Positions 36,401-46,112 of a stretch of DNA of 64,000 nt are shown here, piece by piece. A model generated the notes under the pieces. The model saw only the letters and a list, made by a program, of their open reading frames with translations, searched no databases and was not told the origin of the DNA. Made by a program: the position numbers and the translations under genes. The stretch is from Leptogorgia sarmentosa (taxonomy: Eukaryota), in NCBI GenBank assembly GCA_964658305.1, contig OZ210885.1, positions 682,001 through 746,000 on the forward strand. Reading direction: 5' to 3'. Each line of letters starts with the position of its first letter. Position 1 is the first letter of the stretch.

Positions 36401-39400
36401 CTTCATCAATGGCATAATATTCCAGTGTTATTTGAGTTCATTTCAATTCCGGTATTGCGTTTACCTGTTTGCATGCATTATAAAACTGTGTCCGCAAAAT
36501 AGGCTATCTATTCAATGCTTACATATCATACTTTAACAGCAAATGTAAGACAAAGATGTTAAATTTAACAATAATATGCAATTAATTACAAATCTTAGCA
36601 AACAAATTCTCGTGGGAGTTAACTTTCACAACTTCCCTAATTTCTTGTTGGATCTGTATAATTAGCGATATTCGTTTCTCTTTCAGTGACGACCTGAACA
36701 GCCTCACAAGTGCTAACATTCAAAGACTGCCAGGTTCTCCAACACAAAATGGCACCAATTCAATCCTCAAATTTTACGCCCAGTTGACAAGCGGTAGAGT
36801 TATTCCTAAAACCATCTTGGCCACCATCTTCGTAGAAAGACGGGAAAAAATATTTTCACTTGACAGCAGTCTGGAAGATTTCACAGAAAGTTTTACATCT
36901 GATGAAACAGTTCTTACTCCAGAACAACAACAAAATACAGTTGCTATTAAATTAATCAACTTTCCTCGTTCAAAGGTGAGTGCAGCAGGTCTGGGATGGT
37001 TGATTTGTTGGTGTTTGAGGTGTATACGTATTTCTGATTTATTCAGTCCCATTTTTCGCAAAATGTGCCGTCTTATAAAACTATGTTTGTCTGAAATGAA
37101 AAAAAATTCAATACAATTTTGGAAAGTTGTTTTTAATTTTGTTGGCAAAACCATGAGCAAACTGATTTGGTTTTGTGGTCATATAATATTTTCTTAAGTA
37201 TTTTTATTTATATATTAACGTTAAATTCAAGCCATTTTGTTGAATTACACTTTACGTGAAATATAATGTTGTGTTCCCTTGCAAATATAGTTAACATCGT
37301 TGCGAAAGATGGATATCAAAGCGTCAGTTGCACAAAGAATGAATATCTTTTGCTTTACAACAGCTGCAGATACGTGCGGTATTACAAGGTATAGGCATAT
37401 GTACAATCAATTTCTACCATTTTTAGAACATGAAATGCACAACAGGAATAAGATTTTGTGCAACAGATAATGAATCTTGTTGTATGAAAATATAATTAGG
37501 TCTAATGTAATGGTGCCCTAGCTGCTTGTTAATAATTATTGAAGAATAATAAGTAAACTGCAGTCATTGCCGAAATGAAAGTGATTGACGAACGCTGGAA
37601 CGTTATAAGGCATCATATTTCTTTTTATTTCCAGGCCAAGAAGAAGAAAGAGAAATACGAAGTAAGTGCATCACCTAAATCATTACAATTTCAACTCGTG
37701 AAACTAGTGACCATTGGTTTTTCCAAAAACTTTAATATTAGTGACGGCTCTTAATTGAATATAAAGAATGTGGTGTTGCGACAAAATAATGAAAGATGAT
37801 AAATAACATTTTTCACTGGAAGAGTGTTCGTTCTGAACTACTTTGCTGTCAGTGTAGCAACAAGGCGGTAATGTCCAATGGTATATCTACTTCAACACTG
37901 AGGAGGTGTCGATATAACTATAACATTTGACATCGTTTTTTAACAAAAAAAACATAGCTAATCTTGCCATGTTATTGTAAGTACCAACCATCCGTCGATC
38001 TATACGTACAAGAGATAATAGATAACAGAAATAATACAGAAATAATAGATATATTATATATATACTTCTATAGCAGAAGTTCAGGGGCCGGTTGTGCGAA
38101 AGTCGGATAACTTTATCCACTGCATGGATAGTGATTTTTTTAACCGTTGTAAAAATGATCAACAAAAAGCCATAAAATCGCAGGTATGGTCCTGGCAGTT
38201 GATGCAGCAAAAGTCCAACTTTAAAATGCCAAAGTTTAATCTGAACCAGATCGATGAACGGGTTGTTTTTGGAACATCGCTATCCGATGGATAGCATATC
38301 CAACCTTCGAACGACCGGCCCCAGAATATCAACATGAGTTATCATGTTTTCCATGAACGTTCAATTTGATTGGTAGGTGATATTTTGCCAGGATTTTGTA
38401 CTGAGAGCATGCAGGGACTGCAGTCACCTGAGATGATCCCATTATGAACTGTGCTTTACACTTGCTTCAAAATTACTATGACGCACCATCTAGGATCTAA
38501 TAAATGCAACTAAGATCTAAATCAATTACATCTCTAAAATGCTCACATGTATTTCCAGCAGTGAACAATTCAGTGATAATGACGTCATAGTTACTGGCGT
38601 CATGGCAGCTGGAAATGATACAGTTACCAATGTTGTTGTGAATGAACCAGGAGAGAATAACTCAGTTGCAGCTAATATTGTTGAAGAAGCAATGCGTGAA
38701 TCCATTGAAACTGATAACACATCACTCATTACTGGTTTAAAACTGGCTCTTGTTAATACACCGGAAGTACTTACAACCAATCAACGTTCCAACGCAGTCA
38801 GTGTTCGCTTACCAAACACTCAGGCGAGCGAGGTGAGTTGATTCATTAATCATTCAACGAAACCTCTCAAACAGGAAATCGATTGGGAAAAATCCCCAAT
38901 CAGAAAGCGCGCAGCAATTTTTTTCCTGAAAATTGAACTTGTTATGGAAATAGTTTTAATCCTGTCATCCTGTGTTATTATTTCCATTGAAATTAAACCA
39001 TGTTGTTCAAATGAATACATTTTAGTGGCAATTTGAGGATGAAATATCATTCAGAGAAAATATGTCAGACGCCATTAAACAATTTTGTGTAATGAGTGCG
39101 TTACATCTGGATTTGTGTGGCCTTACTAGGTATGTATCATTTAAGGAATGACAATGAGCTCTTCGGGCGAGTGTTTCCACACATTTATCATTTCCTCCAC
39201 AGCAAAGTAATTTTGGTTTCTTTTGCAAGTATACCCTGCACGTATCGGAGTTTTTTGCAGCGGGAGGAAATGCAATCACACATGTTATTGAAAATCGTAT
39301 CCGCGTCACCCCAGCATTATAAGCACCAATGTTTTATCCACATCAAACTGAAATTTGTCAACAAACAAACTTGTGTCTAATTGAGAATATTATTCCTTAA

Positions 39401-41995
39401 TTCTGATAGTGTTCGGTCCATCGCGTTTATGGTCAATTTGAGCTGTATGCATGTGGATCAAGTGCTCTTGAGTTCCCCTTGCTTATCGATATCAACCTGG
39501 AAAGATACGGCTTACAGCAATATCTCATTATTTCATTATAGTGCTCAAGTTAATGAAATCCAACCCTTGAATGTGAGGACATTGCCTGAATCTCCAAGTC
39601 AAAATGGAACAGACACCATACTGTCGTTCTTCGTGGATCTTCCCAGTGGAACAACTATGCCTTTGGATCTTTTAACAACAATATTCATGTCATCGCCAAA
39701 CATCCTTTCACAACCAAACAGTGTTAGCTCAGCAACAAGCGAAAACCCTGTGCTTACAGATGCTGAGACTAAAAACCTCGTTCCATTGTCCATAGATATC
39801 CCAGCAAACCAGGTAAAATATCCCCAACATAATAAGTTTCTTCCAACTTTGGAATCAATATTTCGAGCTTTTATCGCGCATACTAGTTTCTTTTTTAAAT
39901 AGATTTAGAAAACATGACGCGACGTCAAAGACCACGTGAACATGGCGTGCGTTGCACATGTAGTGCATGGATCTGCCGCGCCAGTTATACATCGTTTTTG
40001 ACGTCGCGTCGTGTTTTCTAAATCTAGCTAATGATGAACTAGAATTAAATTCTGTACAAATGGATATAAGATTTAGATAAGACGAGAAAATTTACTCCAA
40101 TTAAACAAAAAAGTTTGACTGTTTCTCAAGAAGCTCGATTCCCATAATTATCATAATTATTCAAACCTGAAGCATTTTTTGCGCTTTAACGCCGTTTTAA
40201 CTGTTCATAATTATAATTAAAGTGTGGATTGTTTTTTGTTAAAAATATGTAGTAACGCTATTATAACAACACAATTATTGACCGTAATTATCGGTGAATG
40301 TTTCCAGGACTTATACGGAGGATTTATTTCGACTTTGGTAAAATAATTATCGTTTTATAGCAAATTTCGGAAAAAAATACATTGCCTTTGGCATTGTCAG
40401 GAGAGGACAATTTCAAAGTGACGACAAAATTCCATCACTGAAAACGTAAATAATTTTCAACTTACCAGCGCCCTAACACAGCATTTCAGTACAACGTTTA
40501 CTAAAAATCTGCATGATTCATTGCGATATTTATTTTATGCTGGTTTGTTTTTGCTTTCCTAATCTACTTCAATTATTATCAAAATATCTTTCTTTCGTTT
40601 CAGGATGTAAGACTGGATATTCAGGTTTCAATAGCGCACAGACTCAATGAATATTGTAAAAACAATTCCCAAGCTGGACTTTGTCCCAGCAGTCGGTACG
40701 TGATATTATGACACAACTAATGTTTTTGCTATAAACATAGGTAGCCCAGCGCACGCATGACGTAGTATTCATAATAATACTATACTAATGAATACTACGT
40801 CATACGTGCGTTGGGCTACCCTATGGTTATGAATGACAGTTGTTGTACATTTTAATACAAAAATGCACAGTGAGTTGTCGTATGGAATATTGATTTGAGA
40901 TGATAATTATGCAATCATAATTATAATCGAATGATCAGAATTTTTGCCACAATGATCAGACAAGCCTGCCCTATCATGCCACCATTTTGAATTTAGCGAG
41001 GAGCGAGTGGTAAATAATAATAATGTTTTTGCGAATACAACAGTGTACAAAATATATGTTTAGCATTAGGCTCGATGACATTTGTAACTGAAAAATTAAT
41101 ATTCATAAAGCAATGTACAAAATATATGTTTAGCAATTAAGCTGCAAAACAGCCGCGGAAACAAAAAACCTGACCCGGCTTCACTTCAGAAAAATTGTGA
41201 GAACGAGATAGGCATATAGGTATGCACATTTTGTCTAATATCTTTATAATTTCCACGCTCATTTATTATTATATCAGGAACTTCACCAAAGATGATATTC
41301 GTGTTGTTATTCATCGTAACAATGGCTCTGTCAGTTTTGTGGTCACTGATCCCGATACTGGATCAACACTTCCCGTGAACCAAATACAAGAAGCAATCAG
41401 TGGAATGTTCAATTCCATAATTAACGGTCTACCACTCACAGTGTCTGCTAATGTTGATGATGAAGAAGATGAAGACTGGCCATTGATAGTAGGATTAAGC
41501 ATTGCTGGAGCATTTATGTTTTTACTTCTGATTGTTTCTGCGATTTATGCGTAAGTTCACTGTTTGTTTTTAACAATTTAAGAACGAGTCGCGTTTTTTT
41601 ATAGTGTAATTATGCAATTAATGTTAGGAAATGTTTAAAACCATAAATTGCTTTACTTCTTCAAAAAGAAGAAGGAAAAAGCTTTGTTTTTTGTGTTAAA
41701 ATTTGTCGATACGATGAGATTCGATCTGTGTGCTGTTTTACATTACACACTGCGAAAATGTCACCTTTCTATCTTTTGTATCGACTAAAATGTTGTTTAT
41801 TTATTTTTTAGCATGGCAGTTCGTTCTGGCAAAGTACAGGGTAAAGTAAATCTGGGCTGGAGACGGTCTGTCTATTCTGGTCACTCTGATGGCGGTTGGC
41901 AATTCGACAGAAATTCACCATACACTGGGTCACCATTTTCAGAAATTGATGGTATACCCGGCTTTGATGCTGATGGTCTGCCATCAAATATTTAG
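9419..41995 (+). CDS. Gene 1: MUC4/SUSD2-like mucin-like type I membrane protein (SP-NIDO-AMOP-VWD-cadherin/Ig-like-7xEGF-13x novel repeat-TM-tail), 49 exons, ~2,864 aa
   Basis: Hand-built model; all introns GT-AG and phases compatible; CDS 8595 nt. Exons: 9419-9485, 10385-10423, 11300-11424, 11642-11953, 13948-14045, 14343-14441, 14899-15458, 15850-15948, 16570-16701, 17048-17371, 17523-17783, 18200-18399, 19200-19530, 19789-19911, 20330-20452, 20867-20998, 21608-21730, 22209-22337, 23142-23251, 23642-23745, 24393-24690, 25065-25171, 25754-26048, 26701-26804, 27014-27311, 27485-27582, 27891-28182, 28934-29037, 29840-29866, 30074-30359, 30856-30947, 31212-31500, 31819-31916, 32167-32193, 32856-33132, 33319-33422, 34182-34452, 35365-35456, 35671-35902, 36181-36281, 36687-36975, 37291-37388, 37635-37661, 38559-38832, 39026-39129, 39542-39812, 40604-40695, 41278-41550, 41812-41995 (TAG). 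NIDO-AMOP-VWD-EGF-TM order is the established MUC4 / coral skeletal mucin-like architecture. Confidence 0.88.
11300..14441 (+). CDS. Gene 1 NIDO domain exons (11300-11424, 11642-11953, 13948-14045, 14343-14441)
   Basis: VCPNGLLRF...LAPYWSLVD...[10 protein letters not shown]...[10 protein letters not shown]...[13 protein letters not shown] matches NIDO motifs; the 125-nt and 98-nt exon sizes are the same in gene 2. Confidence 0.8.
12592..13075 (-). pseudogene. Disrupted C2HC zinc-finger/acidic protein gene inside the fold-back element
   Basis: [24 protein letters not shown], acidic linker, in-frame stop, then the DPEEAI..AVDKRKF tail with an internal deletion. Confidence 0.6.
13221..13484 (+). 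pseudogene. 3' half of the same zinc-finger gene in the right inverted arm
   Basis: ...[62 protein letters not shown]...DDEDH-stop; 5' half absent. Confidence 0.6.
14899..15458 (+). CDS. Gene 1 AMOP domain exon
   Basis: CIQW...SCPPS...[11 protein letters not shown]...AYRSCC...[12 protein letters not shown]: Cys/Trp pattern of AMOP, directly upstream of the GDPH exon. Confidence 0.82.
15850..17783 (+). CDS. Gene 1 VWD domain exons with GDPH motif (15861-15872)
   Basis: [23 protein letters not shown]...[19 protein letters not shown]...FGEQW...[15 protein letters not shown]; canonical VWD of the MUC4/SUSD2 type. Confidence 0.9.
18200..18399 (+). CDS. Gene 1 cadherin-like/Ig-like module exon
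   Basis: NNEPVFTQ...[13 protein letters not shown]...PPGATF...FIWPV; PxF and DxDGD motifs; clean ag/gt boundaries. Not in the ORF track because it has no start codon. Confidence 0.65.
18644..18796. mobile_element. Degenerate G/C-tract MITE (hAT-like CAGGGGCC terminus)
   Basis: CAGGGGCCGCG...CCGCGGCTCCT with subterminal poly-G and poly-C; no clear TSD. Confidence 0.45.
19200..22337 (+). CDS. Gene 1 EGF array: 7 EGF-like domains, 4 with calcium-binding D-I-(D/N)-E-C consensus
   Basis: Six exons (331, 123, 123, 132, 123, 129 nt), the last five phase 1-1, with EGF Cys spacing, e.g. [32 protein letters not shown]. Confidence 0.92.
23142..41450 (+). CDS. Gene 1 array of 13 two-exon ~130-aa repeats (putative SEA-like modules)
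   Basis: Alternating 92-107 nt exons (phase 0-2; W-x-F-x-(I/V)A-x-(F/Y)C-x6-9-C) and mostly 270-300 nt exons (phase 2-0; RLPGxP...F(Y/F)VxxP...LxxI...QxxNxVxIxL). The fold assignment is inference. Confidence 0.75.
25453..25580. mobile_element. EnSpm/CACTA-like MITE with internal CACATGTG repeats
   Basis: TIR CCCTTATGAAAAATACACATGT / ACATGTGTATTTTTCGTAAGGG; 2-bp TSD AG. Confidence 0.75.
29840..29866 (+). CDS. 27-nt micro-exon encoding PRRRKRAA (furin-type site)
   Basis: tttccag|GCCAAGAAGAAGAAAACGAGCTGCAAC|gtaagt; phase 2-2, in frame with its neighbours. Confidence 0.75.
32167..32193 (+). CDS. 27-nt micro-exon encoding PRRRKRNT (furin-type site)
   Basis: tttccag|GCCAAGAAGAAGAAAGAGAAATACGAA|gtaagt; phase 2-2. 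Confidence 0.75.
33794..34116. mobile_element. MITE with ~80-bp terminal inverted repeats
   Basis: AACAAAGACCTCAACGGGTAGTACCC... / ...GGGTACTACCCGTTGAGGTCTTTGTT; absent from the paralogous intron near 39490. Confidence 0.8.
34522..35320. other. ~800-bp insertion with a GC-rich core, origin unknown
   Basis: Absent from the paralogous intron (39813-40603); flanked by TTTAA(T) on both sides. Confidence 0.5.
37635..37661 (+). CDS. 27-nt micro-exon encoding PRRRKRNT (duplicate of 32167-32193)
   Basis: Identical exon sequence and splice sites inside the internal duplication. Confidence 0.75.
38085..38321. mobile_element. PIF/Harbinger-like MITE
   Basis: GGGCCGGTT...GACCGGCCC termini with CAG TSD; only the first ~40 bp survive in the paralogous intron at 32581. 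Confidence 0.7.
39900..40026. mobile_element. Small hairpin MITE
   Basis: TAGATTTAGAAAACATGACGCGACGTCAAA / TTTGACGTCGCGTCGTGTTTTCTAAATCTA. Confidence 0.7.
40736..40825. mobile_element. Small hairpin MITE
   Basis: Near-perfect ~37-bp arms (GGTAGCCCAGCGCACGCATGACGTAGTATTCAT / ATGAATACTACGTCATACGTGCGTTGGGCTACC); absent from the paralogous intron near 35485. Confidence 0.7.
41278..41995 (+). CDS. Gene 1 transmembrane exon (41278-41550) and cytoplasmic tail exon (41812-41995)
   Basis: [32 protein letters not shown] hydrophobic span; phase 2 intron; tail of ~60 aa ending GLPSNI-stop. Confidence 0.85.
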
Positions 41996-42691
41996 TCGAA
42001 TCAACATGAACTGCACAAGAATAATTAAAACAGCACATCTCAGTCTTCTATATATATCACAGCAAAATAATATCAAAACTATATCCATCCTGCCATGGTT
42101 ACAGTCAATCCATCCTGCCAATAACAGCACCATATCAATTGTATCATCTACTGGGCGTATAAAGAAAGTTGAGCCTTTGAAGTGAAGTAAGTAGCGGAAG
42201 TACTGTTATATTGTCGCAACTACTACTTTTATTGATAGCCCTATAATTGCTTGTAATGAATGCATGTGTAAAAGCACAAAATCATATACACATTGGAGAA
42301 AACTAAGACGACTTGTACGTACAAAATAACTTTTTAAGCAAAATTATTGTTCAAAGTATTTTTTCCGGGCAGAGTTGATATTGATTGATTTAGAGCTATC
42401 AAGTTACTATACAGGGTATACCAAAGATAATCTATTGTTAGAATTTCAATCCTTTAGCACGAAATGGAACCCACGAGTGCATAAATATGTATTGACAAAA
42501 TATTCTGTTTCCGTATTTACGAAACTCCTTTAATTTAATTTCGAAGGGCACTGAAAAAATCGCTCGTGCACTTTACAAAGATATTTTAATTTCTTAATAA
42601 GTCTGCAATACTTAATATATGCACCTTTCAACACTTTTCACTGTTTACATTCGGCTTCGTGCTTGGTCACTGAAAATATGACAATAGACTA

Positions 42692-42971
42692 CCAGGTGAT
42701 CTCGATACACGGAAAAGGACTGGGACTAGCTGTCAAATAGAAATCCATTTTCCGACCGAAACAACTGAATATCTCCCGTAATATACTTTATTTCGATTCC
42801 AAATTTTTGTCAGAGCTATAGTTCTCATAACCAAACATAATTACAAAATTTCAAGTAGTTTCATACAGAATAACGAAAGATATAATCGTGTGAATATAGC
42901 AAAATGGATTTCTATTCGGACAACCCTTTCTGAGCGCTAATTGGCTGAAACACGAATACGAGATCATCTGG
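42692..42971. mobile_element. TA-flanked MITE (Tc1/mariner-like), ~280 bp
   Basis: TA|CCAGGTGATCTCG...CGAGATCATCTGG|TA; a second, truncated copy lies at ~1636-1900. Confidence 0.7.
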
Positions 42972-45953
42972 TATAATTAATCAATATTTTGCCGGCATTT
43001 TTGTACCCTGTACAGGGTTTTTCAAAAAAAATGGGCAAACGATTGAAAATAAGCTATTGTTCGAATGTGAATGGCTTAGTCACGAGTTCATCATTCATGC
43101 CAAATTGCCTTGAAATTCGCAAGAGCGAACAATCTTGCTGGCGTTACAAACATACTTTAATCAGCCATTTTTTTTTAATATTATGCACCTCTAATTTTAT
43201 GCACCTTAATTTGCATCGGGCATTCAAATTCGAACAACAGAGTTTTTTCACCGTTTGCCCCTTTTTTGTAGAAAAACTGTGTTATTTCGGCTGACTTCAT
43301 TTCCAAATTATAAGATCTTCATTTTTTTATACACCGTACACCGAATACATATAGATTGTGAGTGAAAAACTGATACTTTTTATATACTCATGCAATGAGC
43401 GGAAAACTTATTTTCACCCATCTGGATTCTCAAATTGAACGCGGTTCTGCTCATATGAACTAGTCTCCCTCGAGTTTACTCGACACAAAGAGAGGCTGCG
43501 AGGGAGACTACATTATATGAACATGCAGGCCCTATAACACAAATGCATTTTCAACCCCATTGGCGATTAGGTTTATTATTTAGATTCAGGTTGATGTATT
43601 TAGGGAACTTAATTAACTATCAGTTTTTCTACTCACCTCAATCAGTATACATGTTTTAAAAAAGTAGAGTTTGAGCTTCGTGTTCAAATGCCAAAGTCAA
43701 GAGCGAGAGTTGAACCGATCGTTCGTCGTTGTCGGGAAACACGAAGCCTAAACTCTCTGTTGTATGATTACGTTGAAGTTATATCAGGAAGGAAATTCCT
43801 ATGGCAGCCATTGCAGACATAATAAAGCTATAATTATAATCAATCAAGTTGGAAAGATAATACCAACAAAGAAAACCAAGTCATTCATTGTGGGACGATC
43901 GAAGAGATGTAAAATACATCGTGGTATACAAGCGATGTTTATATAGTAGCTATAATCCCTATGTCATGTGCTATAGAATTTTGACAATCGCTATATATAT
44001 TGTATAACTAATATTATATATCCACAAAACGTTCTTTATGTTATTGAAGTGGTTGTTTATGAGCAAATGGGAAAATTATTCTCGCGGGATTCCCGACGAA
44101 GCGCCTTTGCTCGTTCGAGTCAAATAATATCGTATCGTTTAGATATTGTGTATTGCTGCGTGTGTTCATGTAGCATCTGACTATCGAACATTTAGTTTGC
44201 TTTTAGCGAAATTAAAAGTTTCGAAAGTTTGTAATTTTCCTGGCAGGAGCTGTGGTATTCCTGGTATTCTGTTCCTGTTGCTAATGCATCGCTGACAGTG
44301 AACAAAGTGCAGCAATGTCATGGCAAGATTTCTTAGCTGATTCACACGTCATAGGATAATTTTGGCATAATGGTAGATAAAGAATTTAAGCAACCGCAAG
44401 GTCGTATATATTAAAGCAGATTAGCATAAGCTAAATATATCTGTATCAAAATTAATAGCATTTCACGATAACGGCCCTGAACGTATTATTAAATAATAGC
44501 GTCGAATAAATATTTCGAGTGCCAAGGTGAAGACTATATATGGGAATCTGAACCTTCCCAAGCGACGAAACTATAAATTTTTGTCGAATTAATTTGGTTG
44601 TTGTTGTAACGCTCGATCTGTTAAAGCATGCTTTCAAAAATCTACGTCTTTTTCAGTGTGTTGTATGGAGATGTCGAACGCGTTGTTAAATTCGAGTTGT
44701 AAGCAACAGTTGTACAGTATAAACCGGCATCACAAGAACCTAATGCTGCCATTGTTGAAATACATTGACGTTATTCATATGCATTTGTTGGTTTCGGTAT
44801 TTTACATATTTCAGGTTCCTTTAGAAAACACTTTGTTTTCAATGTCAATGCCTTACATGCCCAATGTCTATCAGCGAAAAGTATGTTGAATGTTCGCGTA
44901 GCTTCAAAAATGTTAAGAGTGGGTAATTTTCTTCATGGGGAGCTGGTATGGATTGGCATCTGCTCAGGGATCTACACCCACACTTTAGTTTCAATGCGCT
45001 CCACTTGGATTTTGCTCCGGGCAACAATTGTCATAAGTGGCATAACTTTAAAGCAAATAATTTTCTACATAGACATATTAAAATCGATTCCAGGTCATCT
45101 TAGTTTAGAGATCTAGAGATCTACATGAGAAAATCATGGTGACAGGAACAACAACTTTTGACAGGAAATCGTCGTTCCGTCCTCCGCAGATTCCTCAGTT
45201 TAGAATTGAGATCCGGTAATTCAGTAAATTAAGATAAATTTAAGTTGAAATTATAAATTTATGCTGTTATCGATGTTCATAAATCCTCAGACACGCAAAC
45301 ATGGAAACGAGGTGAAAATGTGCTTAAATGATGGTAATCGCATCTGAGATAATTTGATACGTTCCTAATTACTATCTTAGGGACATATTATAGTTATTCA
45401 TTTATTTATTTAAAAATATTATTATGAGGGAAGAATGGCAATTGCAGAAAGCCCATTAAGAGCAGAGACGTACGTTTTTCCAGATATATTGAAACAAGCT
45501 CTAATCTCTCTATTTCACTCGCAGGCAGCGAACTTGACGCATCTCAATGAAAAAGAGATCATGCATGGTTTTAAAATTGTAACTTCTCGAATTATTGAAC
45601 CGCTCAATGTCTTCAGAAACTTGTAGCTATTATATCTTTTACTCAATGTATTGTATATACTTTCTAGCGTTTCTGCTGTTTCTTCATTGTACAATCTCCA
45701 ACCAAGCAAAATGTTTATTTCTGTTGTGTCACATTGACAAGGCAACCAGGGAGTCAAGCTGCTGCATGTCAGAAGTGGCGCCATAGCTACATTTCTGTCT
45801 GTAGCTAATTTTCAAACAATGAGAACTATTTCCTAACAATCTGGAGAAAGGTAGTTTACAGTAATTGTTTCACCACAATGCTAGGAATCGAAAACACTTC
45901 ACAAGTATTAATAAAGATACTTTATAGTTCCTCTCGTTAATTGATATATCAAT

Positions 45954-46112
45954 CAGTGGCGTCGCCAGCTTGATAAGTGAGGTGGCCATGGACATATTCA
46001 TATATTCGTGTTTTGCACAATTAATTTCTTTTGAAATCGATTGTTTTTATGGTCTGCGAACACGAATATATGAATATGTCCACCCCACTTATCGACTCTG
46101 GCGACGCCACTG
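45954..46112. mobile_element. hAT-type MITE, 159 bp
   Basis: TIR CAGTGGCGTCGCCAG / CTGGCGACGCCACTG; perfect 8-bp TSD ATATCAAT. Confidence 0.88.

Larger units (their letters stand above)
30700..41430 (+). repeat. Intragenic duplication of a four-repeat block (~30.7-35.8 kb copied as ~36.0-41.4 kb)
   Basis: Exons and introns align pairwise (30856/36181, 31212/36687, 31819/37291, 32856/38559, 33319/39026, 34182/39542, 35365/40604, 35671/41278). Confidence 0.92.

Noticed and set aside
41222..41554. ORF-track protein stopping right after the TM helix
   Set aside because: The stop lies in the donor site (gc|gtaagt); splicing to 41812 continues the frame into the tail.
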